Below are positions 24,199-38,211 of a stretch of 64,000 nucleotides of DNA, piece after piece. Origin of the DNA: Takakia lepidozioides (lineage: Eukaryota > Plantae > Bryophyta). Both the position numbers and the translations under genes were made by a program. The stretch spans positions 22,692,001 through 22,756,000 of the forward strand of contig CM060734.1 in NCBI GenBank assembly GCA_030704615.1, in the 5' to 3' direction. Positions within the stretch are counted from its first letter, which is position 1. Each line of letters opens with the position of its first letter. The notes below the pieces were generated by a model. That model ran no database searches, was not told the origin of the DNA, and saw nothing but the letters and a program-made list of their open reading frames with translations.

Positions 24199-26652
24199 AC
24201 ATTCATCCTTGTCCGAATATTCAGGTTGAGCCGGTACATCGTTCAAATCAATACCCGTATAAAAAAGAGATTGAATGCCACCACGTGCACAGCCGTACTC
24301 TGTACCACAAGCTAGAACAATTCGAGGCTCGGATATATTTTTCAGTAATTGGATGACTTTGATTTGATGTTTGCAGAGATTTTCTCGTTGTGCCCATTCG
24401 CAATCACAATTTGCCCATTTTCCGGTGGCGTTATAGATCGTGTACCACTTTGTAGGAGAGTGAGAGCTGTGTACCTGCCATGAATCATTGATGTCATTTG
24501 GAAAAATAACATCTGAATCTGGAATAGTTCTTGCTCGAACTATTACCGACTCCAATAATTTCTCGGCCTTGGAATTGTTCAAGAAACCATATGTTTTCAT
24601 GTTCTCCATATAAGAGTAATGTAAAATGACATCACCAACAAGCTCATGGATAAGCCAGTCAACCCTGCGACCTCGGAGTGTTTTCTTGGACTCTGATAAC
24701 CTTGATTTTAAATTCCCATGATATGCTTCAATGGTAGCATTGGTTTCTTGACCAGCGTGTGGAATTCTTCTTGTACCAGTCACCCACATTCCTGTAAATA
24801 TACAAAATAACAATTTTTAAACCCAACTGGTATGGAAATCATATCATTACAAGTCTTTTACCCATTAACATCATACATAAGTGCACAAAATAATTCTACA
24901 TACAAAACCTAATTGTTAGTTAAACGTTACATACATGCAAAAAAACACTATAAAGGTAAACACATTTAGCAGGCCTTAAAAGATCATACCTATTTTTGGT
25001 AGCCAATATCGACGAAAGTACTCCTCAAATTTTTGTTGTCCAAGATACTCTGTAAACAATTTGTCAACCAAGTTGATGGCACGAAGCTCAAGATCTTGAA
25101 TAGATTCATCAATATTACATGACGTGTACATAATATTGCCAAGGCCTTCCAGTATACGACTTCGGATATCATTATTCCCAAGCTTACTAGCTGCATTTTT
25201 TTGCCATGCCTTACGCACATGCCAAAGACATAACAAAATTGGCATGTTATGTCCCCAAACAACTCTGCAATGCAATCCACTATCAACCATTAATAACTTT
25301 CATGAAGGCGCCTCGGTAATATCAATCACATTTTTGATACCTCGACAGTAGTTCATACCAGTGGAAACCTGGTTTGAGATTTATACCTGATTCCAATTAT
25401 TGATTAAAAAAAATCCCTACAAACAATTTAAGGTGGGAAAGAATGACATATGTACCTGATTGCATTGATCTCAACATCAGCATCATCCACTATAAAAGAT
25501 GAAGGCAACCATTCCGGATTTTTTTGCTTCAAATGACTTTGAAGTGCACTCATCTATTGTTGCAAATCACATGCCCTTCCTCGGCTTGTAATAGCCCAAG
25601 CAACTGGAATACCATTGTAGTGCTTATCAAACACAACAAGTGTGAACAATTGGATTTTTTGATCATTTGTTCCAAAAGTTGCATCACAAGCAACGGCACC
25701 TCCATGACCTCTATCAAGCATTTTCATTGTTTGATAAGGGGTTTGAATGCCCAGAGTGAAAGGAATGGTGTCATCCACCAATTCATGTTGTTGGTAGAAG
25801 AAGACATATTCCGGATGTTCTCATACCCACATCTTCACACTTTCCGCCGGATTAGGAGCACGTTTGAAAGACTCCTCCGCTAACCGAGCCGCAATGTTTC
25901 TAATATCTTGCATTTTTAAAAAATCATCCCAAGTGGCCAACTCCCCCATGTCACTTCTGGCCTGCCATATCCTCTTGTGTTCTTTAAAAACTTCCCTTGG
26001 CGAGGATTCACAATCAAGACGTTTAAGTATCCAATTTCTCAAATCTTGGGATATCCAAGGAGCAAATTGTGATTTCCGTAACAAAGATTGAGGGTCTTGT
26101 GTACCATGACAAACCTCGCCATTGCGGTCAACATGAGATCTCTCATAATAAACCAATTCAGCCACTACTACCTGGTCCTTTCTTTGGCTTTGGAGTTGTG
26201 GTGACATTTCTTTCTTCAATATTCCGTCGGTCATCTCGTGGACCCCAAACACAATGATACCTGCAAACATATCACAGGGAAACCAAAATATAGGTTTAAT
26301 TTTATGTGGGCAGATAGCCATAATTTCCAGAATTATTCAAAATACCTATAGTTCTCACAATCCCAATACAAAAGTAGAGTGAAGCTTACCACTTTTGACC
26401 AATGTGGCTGTCAAGACAAGTCTGATCCAACTTAGATGAACCTGGCACACTCTTGACAATCTTGAACTTGGTTGGTGCAGATTTATTGTTGTTTTCTCCT
26501 TCCAAAAAATCTGGAACTCTTGTCCAAGGAATCCATGCCACTTCACATATGCATTCTGATCCTCTTACTTTTATGATGTGTGGCAGCCATACCAGATCAT
26601 TTGCATCAAATGGACTTTTGATAGGGCTTTGAATCTCCAGTTCCTTCATCAT
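24199..26652 (-). pseudogene. MULE DDE transposase with SWIM zinc finger, spliced and disabled
   Basis: ACDATFGTN (D1), FIVDDADVE (D2), LCLWHVRKAW (CxxH), TNATIEAYH (E), CDCEWAQRENLCKH (SWIM); stop at 25554 and frameshifts. Confidence 0.9.
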
Positions 26653-27293
26653 TGATGTTCCTCACATTTTGCACATATCAGGCATCTCCACCTTTCTGTG
26701 TAATAAAAAAAAATTCAAATAACACAGTTGAAACTTGAGACTATTATCCTTATTTAAACCCTAATATGCACTCATGAATTTGTAATTAGTTTGAACCTCT
26801 ATTACATGGCCTACTATATAAACTATTTTTCTAAACTTCAACCAAAACAAAAGCATGTTCAAAAACCGCGATTTTAGTTTCCCTGTCCTAAGAAATTGTG
26901 TTTCAGAGCACATGATTGCTCTATCCATTTGGATACCCCATATATGAACGAAGAATCATGCAAACAACAGAAGAGCACATGTAAAACAAACATACCATTT
27001 GCATAAATATAAGTCTTCCTTGCTGAGATATTTCCGCTCAGTCCACATTGTCTTGTCCATCATCGTATCACACTATAAGCTTCTTTAACTGCTTCAGCTC
27101 CTTCATTGAATCTCTTAAGCGCCTTGCACCGAACAATTCACATCAAGTGTTTAGTGATCCACAAGCTCACTTCACTAATCTAATCTACACATAATTGCAT
27201 CCACTAATCCACTCACTAATCCATAGAACCCGTTGCTTGATTTGGGAGCCAAGACAAGCTTGAACAGCCGTCACCCTAACCTCATCCCTCACA

Positions 27294-27597
27294 CCTAACC
27301 TCATCCATTTTGAAGTCATCCCCCAAATTCATCCATGGATGCGAAACATGCCATGGAGCATGCAGGATGGGGCCTCGCATGGAGCATGGGGGAGTTCATA
27401 GAGCATGGTAGGGTGCGCATGCGTGGTGAGGAGTATGGGGAGCAAGGGGGATGGCGAGGGAAATGGTAGGGCCCGGGCATGGGGCTGGCTCTTGGCATTA
27501 ATGGCAGAATTCCATTAATGACACATATTAATGTGCCCTGCCTGGTAGGGACAAGGGCTCTCCAGAAGCTAATCCTAGATTATGAATAACGCGGGGC
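27294..27597 (-). repeat. MULE right TIR
   Basis: Reverse complement of 20037-20340. Confidence 0.96.
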
Positions 27598-28906
27598 CTC
27601 CAAAATGATATCTGTTACAATCCTAGCCGTCATAACGTCAATATGGATCTCTTTGCCCTTTTCCAGTGCTCCCAGACTGGCACATGCATTCAGAACACAA
27701 AAAAAACGATCCCAACACTTCATTGCATGTGCTCATACATTTTGAACACTTACCCGAAACACTTTACTTGGCAGGTGACATTGTCGCATGTCACGCCTCT
27801 CCAAAGACATGAAGACAACGCGCCCTCCATCCAGTCACATAGCTTATTATCACCATCTGTAAACGTCTTTTTCTACCCATGGTCGATGATGGAAGTCACT
27901 AAACAGTTCTCACAGTCAGCGCTTGAACAAATAAAACTGCATTAAAGATGTAAAACTGCAATAACAATATGAAGCAAACAGCAACAAATGCTTCATTTAG
28001 CTTCAAAGAAAGAGTTTTCAAATTTTCAGCTAAAGGTAGCAACTTTCATTGTCCTTTCAAGGAGAACCTCACCCTAGCGAGAATCATCCCGTTCCATTTG
28101 AAAGATTGTTGTTTTTGCCCAGGGGGGTTGAAGACACTTTTGGATCGGTTGCACGCAGGCTTCGAGAGCCTTGGGCAAGGCAAGAGACACGGAGGAGAGG
28201 AGAGAGACGAAATCGTGACCCTCGAAATATTACATCAGATCTCGGCCGTTCATTTCTGGGCAGCTGCCCGCAAATGCTCTAAAATTGTTCCCCAAAGTTC
28301 CCACACCTACCGGGACATGGCTCTCTGAGCGTCCCTCGTGACTTGCTTATACTTTGCTACCTTCTCGCACTCAATGCGTCTTGCAAGTGTGACAATCCTC
28401 GTCGCACTGCTGTGGCATCATAATGCATAAGGCACCTTGTTAGTCCCCCACCTGATGAGCCATTATACATGGCATGATCTTTCTCTTCTCTTTTAGTGCT
28501 TTCTTTGGCTTCTATCCTAAAACGCATTTACTCTCCAAGCTGCCCCCCCCGTTTCTTCGCATCGTTGAGAGGGTTTGTGAGGGGTTTCATGGAGGGTTAA
28601 CCGTGTGGTGCCCGGGCACTCGTCGCAGCATCAGGTGCATCCAGTTACATCTTCCAAGACATTGTTTCTTACCTTTGGCTGGAAGCAGCAGGTTCGCATT
28701 TCTGTCTAACTGTGCATGTCTTTGTCTGCCACTTGTGTATCAAGTTTCTGTTCAGCCTTTTCTGCTACTGTCGGTCATATCTCTTTTAGACCATGTGATT
28801 AGCTCATTGTCATATCACCGTGTTCGGCTTTCCTCGTTGTGGGCTTGTTGAGATTAGCGCATCTTTTGGTTTGCTTGATGATCTGCTATATCCCTCCCGG
28901 TTATAG

Positions 28907-30150
<1,244 letters not shown>

Positions 30151-31099
30151 TTGTACCAATTTGGAGGTGGACACAGGATCAGCCATCTGTGACTTTTGTA
30201 GGTGGTACGCTTGATTTTAGGTGAAATTGTATTTGGCAGTTGATATAGGAGAGTTTGGAAGCTGCGCTTCATATGCCAGCTTTGGCCGAAATGTTCTTCT
30301 CAGAGAGTGGGAACAGCTGGTGTAGCTGTTTTCCTCTTCTCAAAAGTCACCAGCAGAAGATTCCAGTGTCGGTGATGTGTCTGGAAAACTCACTGGCACA
30401 GGTAAAATGCTGACGGCCTCTGTTCACTGCCACAACTTCTCAGATGCAGAGACTGGACTTTATCGCCAAGTTCGCTAATACATTTGGCTGTTTTGAAGCA
30501 CGAGAAGGGTGCATATTGGTAGGTTCTTCAATTAGCTAAGGTGGTCAGGCAGGTTGGGTACCCACTCTTTTGTACACAAGGGTCTGTCATGTAAGCATGG
30601 TTGTGGCACATAGGCCGCAGCATGATTCTTGAAAGGAGGCACACCGGTGCTAAGAGACTACTGATCGGGGAACCTTGTGGGTAACATGTCAGGAGCCTTC
30701 AATGGATACGACCTGGTCTTAATTACTTGAAAAATCTGGTAGGTTTTACCTGTGTTGCCTGCTTTTGCACCATGATGATTGTTATCAAACCAGGATTGCG
30801 AAGGTTGTGGCCACTTGTGTCAGCCTTGCTCAATTCTTCTATGAAAATTTTGTTAGAGATATTATCTGGCATGGAAACTTGTTAATCTTCATAGAAATTG
30901 AGATGCCCAATAAACGTGAGGAGCCTTACCCAGATTAGGAGGAGGTTGTTGTACACAAACAAAATGAAAGAGGCATCGCGGCCAAGAGCTTAATGGGCCT
31001 TTCCCAGCCTATCAACAAGAGTAGACCAGTGTCAAAGCGCCCTTTGTCTCATCCTCAGGTAAACAATAGCTGTGTCATGATTACAATTTCGTCATGATA

Positions 31100-34000
31100 G
31101 ATCCCCTAGGTGACATGCCCGGAGGACTCCCTTGTTGAAGAGTTTGAATAGCCTGTGGCCTCAACCATTGTCCCCATTGAGTGGGGAGTAGTTGACAGCG
31201 TTGCTGACTCACCTCCACCACTGATTGTTGGGCAGAAATCAGGGGCAACCGCCTCTCTAGGCACTTCCATGGCTAAGCAAAAGTCTTGCAAAGCAGCAAT
31301 GACAAGAGTGGAGTTCCATTATTATGCCACACTGAAACCAGTTGCGCCCAAACCCACGATGCCTATGCAGTAGAGAAAATTAATGCTTTACAAGATGAGT
31401 GCGTGGCAACCACGCAAGCTAACCAACGATGTTTTCATATGCTTTTGACACACACCATTGAAGCCAGCATGCAAGGGTAAGTAATACCTGCAAAGAGATA
31501 TACTTCAAAAACTCTCCTAACAGTTTTGCTCCCCTCTGCAGACTTGGTGGTGCAGGAATAATCTGATGGTGAGGTGGTATGGCAACAAATTTCCTCCTGA
31601 TTTGCTTCCCTCTCTTGTGGAATCTCCTCCACGGCCTGTGTGCTACTACTGGGAACATTGGGATTCAACACTTGGGTGCTGCTGCTGGGTATAGTGGTAG
31701 GTACCGTTTGTGTGCTTGGTTCAGCCTTATCCTGCCGCATACAATGTTCTGGAATTCCTAGTCCACTGACCTCTGTCAAAGGAATTGTGGGGTATGCACA
31801 ATCAGGTTGCAGAATTTCTGCACTAGGGAGAGTGCCCAACTCCGAGCCAACCCTCTCTAATACTTCTAATGCACTAGGGGTGGAGTTCGAGGTCTCCCCT
31901 CTGTCATGAGCTTTTCATTCTGATCATACAGCTGAGCCAACTCCGCATCCTACCTGGGCAAAATCTTCTGTCATTGTGTTACGAGCTTTATTCTTTAAGA
32001 GTTTACTCAACCTCTGAATTTATGTCTTGTCCACCACTATGACTTTAATGTCTGCATCATTCTCACAATCCAGGTAAGCTTTAAAGAATCCAGCATCAAT
32101 TGAATCAGATACTGCCTACACAATTTTCCAAAGTCTTCTACAACTGTTCAATTCGCTGCCGCATTGACCCCAACTGTTTCTGATATTGGATGTAGCAGGT
32201 TGTGTAGGATATCAACAATTTGTTGAATCCGTTATGGCTTTTCTGTGTCTGCTGGATTTGTCCCTCCATGCTAAGTTTCAAGTCTGCTTGTCTTGGTTAT
32301 AACATTCAACTGTACGATTGAGCTGTGCTTGGGCCTCCCTTGTGGCATTATCCAGAGTGGTAATTTGGTTCCGGATTTCTATCTCCCGCTGTAGCTCCTG
32401 AGCTCGGATCTCCGAGGCAAGTCAATGTGCCTCATCCAACTATGCTTCAGCATCTATTGCGAGTCTCCGGGCTTCCACTGTCCGGCTAATTGCATTCAAG
32501 TCTCCTTCCAAGTGGCCAATTCTTGTGTGGGCCTCCTGCCTCTGCCTCTGACACTCCTCAAGCTGAACTTGAGCTGCCAACTTCTGCCTCTGGGCTTCTG
32601 CTACCTCGCGTGTAGCTGTACTATGTTCTCCTTCCAAGTTTGTGCCTGTCGTGCTTGTTCTTCTTGCAGGGTCTCAATGGTTTGCTTTGTAGCAGCTAAT
32701 TGCTGCCGGAAGGCTACCTTCTCATGCTCAAGCTCATTAATCTTAATTCCCAATTTAATAAAGCCCTCCTTCTCTGACTCTAACTGTCTGATGTGCTTCT
32801 GCAAGTTGACTTCCAACAAAGCCTTTTTCTTATTGGTACAGATGTGCAATATTCAAATGCTTGACTCTATCCTCAAAATCGGCCTGCATCTTTTGTACCA
32901 TCTCCCTCATCTCATCAATACTAATGTAATCCTTAAAGTAATTGCACTACAGATTAGCATTGTTGACCATAGCCATCTTATCTAGAGGTACCTGCTGTTG
33001 TTGCTGGAGAGCTGGCCAGTGCACTAACACATTATCCATGTAGATAGAAATTCTAGAATTTCCTCTTTCTGCAATCTGTGAGTTACCAACCATGTGACTC
33101 TGCTCAGGAATATGAAGTGACAACATTCGTACTGTTGTGGTTCATATCAGGCCCCCTGATTGGTCTTGTGCCAAGAGTTTAGATGTGGTAGGTATATTTA
33201 CTCTATCTCCTTTCTCAGGTCGGTGAGTGTTTCCCTCAGGCACTCATATATTTGGAGAGTTCACTTCTTGTGCCTCCTTGCGAAGTTCAACCCCTTGGGG
33301 TCTGTTGCCCATTTCCTCTAGGTTATCCGCCGCTGCCACACGATTCATGGCACGTTTGGTTCTGCTCTCTTCTTCGCTGTTACGAGAGTCTGCCCTTTTT
33401 TTCATTGTCGACTAAGCCAGCCATTCACCCATTGACTGGCGATCTGCCAAAGATAAAGATACACACTCCCGTATGATCTAAGTATAAATCACGTGTGTAG
33501 ACACAAACTGACCTCCCTTCCTATCACCCATATCCTGCACCCTGCGTATCTCACCCAAGACATTGTTCCTCATCATGCCCGCCCAATTCACATTGTGGCC
33601 ATTGTAGTGTTGCACAATCTCTTGTTCAAAAGTTCGACTTAAATACATATGGTTTTGTTTCGCAAGAAACAAATCATTGAACACTGGTCCTAACTTCTTC
33701 AAAGCCTCATCTTTGAGATCTTTGCAATTGAACCCATGTGATCCTCCTACTTTCTCATTTACCAAGTCTCCAAAATGCAGTGTGGATTGCTCCATAATGG
33801 AAGTTTTCTCATTCCGGGGCAAATCAAAGATACCCCTGAAATTCTGCTCGAATCTTTAACTACTGACTTCTCTCTGTCATAGTTGTAGATAAACTCCTTC
33901 ACAGGTTTCTCATGAGACAGTCTACAATCCCCTTCCAGGATCAACTCCTCCATGTCCATCATGGCCAAGAACTCAGGTACAGCGTCTTGGTCTGCCTTAG

Positions 34001-34430
34001 CTTCCCGGAAGAGGTTCACCGTACTCTTGAGTTTCAGCAGTGGGAAGTGCATCTCTCTATCGTGCTTGACCACCATGATTGATGTCGGGATAAGAACACC
34101 AGTAACACGAGACTCTTTAGCGACCAAGTTTTTGACACATGGCTATACAAAGCCACGTTCTGGAGCCAGGTACCGTTTTATGATATCGTATGCAGTTGCT
34201 GTGAGCTTCTGTAATGTGGCATCTTTCTCACATACGTTCCATTTTGTAAGTGGAACACAGGGCGTCGTGAGTGCTGCAGAGGCAACTTGCGGACTAGAAT
34301 ATTGTCATGTCACCACCGGATGTCACTTTCCAGGCATATGTTGCAAGTGGAAAGCTATAGTATGCCAAAATTGTTTTTCTAGGGAGTTCCACGAGGAGGC
34401 TGGTATCTCCAGAATGCATGACTTCAAGCA
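31100..34430 (-). pseudogene. Decayed long ORF with coiled-coil and low-complexity regions, probably an LTR-retrotransposon accessory ORF
   Basis: Chain of same-strand intronless fragments (33759-34127, 33478-33822, 32601-32849, 32440-32637, 31435-31839) with E/Q/K-rich heptads; no diagnostic domain recognised. Confidence 0.4.
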
Positions 34431-36983
34431 GTAGTATAACTTGGAACCCGCAATGACGCGAGTTCTCTACATATTCTCCTCAATCCATCACCAATTTATA
34501 TTAGTTTGTGTTGAAATGTGCACTGCAATGTGTTGTTATTGAGTCCTCCATAATTGTGTCTGTTGACGTACACCATTTCAGAGGCAGCCTCCCCACGTCT
34601 AGGCGGCCTTCTATGGATTCATGGATTCCTCTGAAAGTGTGTGCGTTGACACACACAATTCCATAGGGCCCCTCCCCTTTATTTTTTCTGATGTCGCTCC
34701 AACAAATTATCTCTCTACAGTGTTCCACACTCCAGATATAAATTACTCTGGAATTGTATACGTTGATGCAGCTTCTCAAATGATCATGTGGGAGAGCATT
34801 GACGAGCCCTGGTTGCGCGCGGCCAGGGTGACGACATACTAGCCTAGGGGGTCGTGGTAAGTTGCGGTGTAGGTTGGGCTCAACGAACCGTCTACCCGAC
34901 TGCGGTAAGTGTAGGGGTCCGCGGTAGCTATGGGTGGATCTAACACATTCTAAATTCCTACCGGCAAAACAAAGCTTGACAACTCCACTTCACAGGGCGA
35001 TTTGCGTTTCCTAGTCCTACGTTTTGTTTATGGTTTTCTACGTCTTTAATGGTAATTGTCTTCCAAGTCTTTGTTTATTACTACTTCCTACATGCATGAG
35101 CTCCCAACACGCTTATAGCCGGGACGAACCTTCAAATCCCTTCACAAAGCGACTCCCGAGCCCAGGGAGACAGGGGATTATCTATCTCCCGCCCAATGCC
35201 CCCCCCCCCCCCCAAAATCCCGAGGTGGATTAGTTTCCTACCTCCGAGGAAGGGACCGGATCCGCTTTCCGAAGTCGGTCTCCCCTGCTTGGAGCGATCC
35301 AAAGCTTCAACCTCAATGGTCAGTCCATCGGGTGAATGATAGCAATTCAAACCTCTAGGTGATTCCCGAGATCTAATGAAACCAATGGTCGTTCAAGGCC
35401 TTACTGTACTATGTGGTACCAATTGACATTTGCAAAAGTAGAGAAGCACATAAAAGGGAATGGATAATATCCCACTATCCCACCCATACCTTTGAAATTT
35501 GCAGACTTACACTTAGTTTTGCTGCAACCTTGGGCTCTTAAGGGATCTCTATGAAAATACCCTTTGAGTATTTGAATCCTACTGATGTTTACAATTTTTG
35601 GTTTTATCAAAGACAGACCTGTTCATACCCGTGTTTTTGATTGAAGCTAATTCTGATCTTTGTGATTGAGGCTGATTCTGGTTTCTTCCCCTAAGGAGCT
35701 GATGGATGGTGTCACTGAAAAATGGTTGATTTGTCTTTTTTGACTAAGACCCTAGTGGTCTTGTCCATGTCTTGACAAGACATAAAGTATCTTCCCTCTA
35801 TCCTAGTCCAATATGCTTAGTGGTTTTTGCATATACTATCCATTGACTATTTTGTGAAATTCCAGATGGCTCTGTCGTGCTGTTTGTCTCTAAGAGACCG
35901 CACTAACAAAAAGTTTTTTTTACCTGGCAGAGCTCCAGCAAAGTCACTCCAGAATGGATTGACGAACTGCAGGCTTTGGGGTACCAATCCCCTTTGTTTC
36001 CTCCAATCCCTGCCATTCAAGCTACGCTTGCGCAAACAACGCCAAGCGATTTCTATGCTACAGTTCAAGCACTGGATACCGCACCTTTAAAATTAGGTGA
36101 TGACAACCCACTTTTATTGCTTGAAACCCTGGCTCTAGAGGACTGGGTAAAGCTGTCATTATCTACAAACAAGAATGGGAAGTACATGGCCAGACTCAAG
36201 GACTATCATGCACGTCTAATCACTAATCTTGAGGAAGATGCTGAAGAAATGACCAATTAGGAGCAAAAATGAGAGGCTATTGAGGCTGCCCTGCGATTGG
36301 CTAACCCTAAAGATGAGCAGACACCTTCTACTCATAAATCATCCACTATTACTGAGCAGGAGTTTATCCCTTCAGTAACCAATCATCCGATTTTTGGGTC
36401 GCATGAATCTGCCAGAAAGCGAAATTGTTGCTGTGAAAGATTTTTGTGAGCATGTGGAGATGTCTCAGGTGGAGCAGGAAAGAGCGGCTGGTGCTCCTCT
36501 GGGTAACCAGCAATTCATGCCCTGGATGCCACCACGTGCCGTTGAGCTCAAAGTAGCCAATAATGAACACATGATGTGGCATCCACAAGCCAACATCAAC
36601 CTACTCGCACCCATCTCAATTGAGATGTGGGTGAAATGGGGTAATATCTCTGAGGGTGAACGCAACAGGTGCGTACAAGATGTTGTTGATAGATTTCATA
36701 GGTTCGGAGCCCATTGCCGTTGCTTGGCCCTTGAGAACTTTCTATTATAAGCTTTGTGACAAAGGGGATTACTTGACCAAAAACAACCTACCTACAGGAT
36801 CTGTGAGGTCAAAAAATCACAAAAGCCAGCTCTGGAATTGGTACAGGCCCTACATAAGGTGCAACTGCGGACCGGTGAAGCACCATCCGGGTGCATTGGA
36901 AGTGTAGCCTAGTTTGACCACTCAGTGTGGTACATGATTAACCACGCCTCCTACCACTTCAGCCTGCATGAGTCCAGAGATTG

Positions 36984-37700
36984 AAATGCGGTGCCGCATT
37001 ACTACCGTTCGATCTCGCCTCACCTTTCGCATCTCGATGCAGGATAAATATGCCAGGGTGGACTGGAACCACATGGAAATGCGGTGCCGCATTTCCGTTG
37101 GATCACGTGTTCATTTATCGTACAGTACGAGCCTGGACGGGAACACGACGCCGCTTTCCGTTGCACCTGTTCGAAATTGTAGCCCCCGCACTGCATTTCC
37201 GTCCCACCATCTCAAGAGTTACATTCACAACTGTTTTCATGCTTGACATCTAGAACGGAAATGCGGCGCCGCATTTCCGTTTGACTGTTTCATTACTTAC
37301 ATCCAGAACGGAAATGCGGTGCTGCATTTCCGTTCCACTGTTTCATGCCTGACATCCAGAATGGAAATGCGGCGCCGCATTTCCGTTCTGGACATTCGAC
37401 TGTTTCATTACTTATATCCAGAACGGAAATGCGGTGCCGCATTTTCGTTCCGCTGCTTCATGCCTGACATCGAAAACGGAAATGCGGCGCCGCATTTCCG
37501 TCCAACCGCATTGAAAAGTAGACCTCGGACGGAAATGCGGTGCCGCATTTCTGTTAGGACTGTGTGACAAGAAGACTCCGGACGGAAATGTGGCACCGAA
37601 TTTTCGTTCAACCCTTTCGTCAGTTATACTCATAACGGAAATACGGTGCCGCATTTCCATTCGGACTCTCTCAATCGAAGACGTCAAAATCGAAATGCGT
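36984..37700. repeat. Tandem array of palindrome B with 53-bp period
   Basis: Cores start at 37257, 37310, 37363, 37425, 37478, 37531, 37584, 37637, with looser copies at 36984 and 37075. Confidence 0.93.
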
Positions 37701-38211
37701 CAGGACTTATTGAAATAAGAGTCCAGAATGTGAGCATAGCCGTTGTGGGTAGTTGTAGCCTACGGTGGACCAAAATGAGACACACCATGAATCCCTAAAA
37801 GAACATAAAGGGGGATGTGGCGAATCCTCACCCATTGGATTCGCTTCAATTTACGATCTCAACCGTCTACTATTGACCATTAAAGATTTTATTTTCAAAT
37901 CACGATAGTTTTTTTCAAATTTGACCTTGATCCACCCCGGGGGTCTACCCTTGGTCTATGTATTTAATGAGGTAGTGTTGATATATCAAAGAATTCTATA
38001 TGTAAAGGACTTTATGAAAATAGTTATTTTGAAGGCTCAAAATAGTACATAAAGTTTATTTTACTTAATATTTTTGAGTGGATGTTTTCATTCTAGATTC
38101 TTTATCCCTTAAAGCACATTTGGTCAAGTCCCTTTTTTCTAGTTTTCTATGAATCATGCTTAAAAAAAAATCCATAATGTGCCTTTTATATGGACTATAA
38201 CAAATCCTTAT

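Larger units (their letters stand above)
20037..27597. mobile_element. Mutator-like element (MULE), structurally complete, 7561 bp
   Basis: 304-bp near-identical TIRs starting GCCCCGCG; exact 9-bp TSD CTCCAAAAT at 20028-20036 and 27598-27606; two convergent internal genes. Confidence 0.96.
19800..27760 (-). pseudogene. PLS-class pentatricopeptide-repeat (PPR) pseudogene split by the MULE
   Basis: Removing 20037-27597 plus one TSD restores CVLNACASLGALEKGKEIHIDVMTARIVTDIILE|TALAEMYVKCGSINEH..NVTFSCVFNACAILGVLEKGREVHKDVMKAGI (L and S motifs). Confidence 0.88.

Noticed and set aside
20136-27498. Two near-identical 60-aa ORFs (20136-20318 and 27316-27498)
   Set aside because: Incidental frames inside the MULE TIRs.
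34807-34842. Helitron 3' end (hairpin ccctgg...ccaggg followed by CTAG)
   Set aside because: CTAG is followed by C, not T; no matching 5' end or Rep/helicase sequence recognised.
30880-34945. LTR element bounded by TGTTA...TAACA
   Set aside because: No matching TSD and no direct-repeat pair found.
37257-37660. CRISPR array
   Set aside because: Spacers are related to each other, there are no cas genes and the context is eukaryotic; it is a palindromic tandem repeat.
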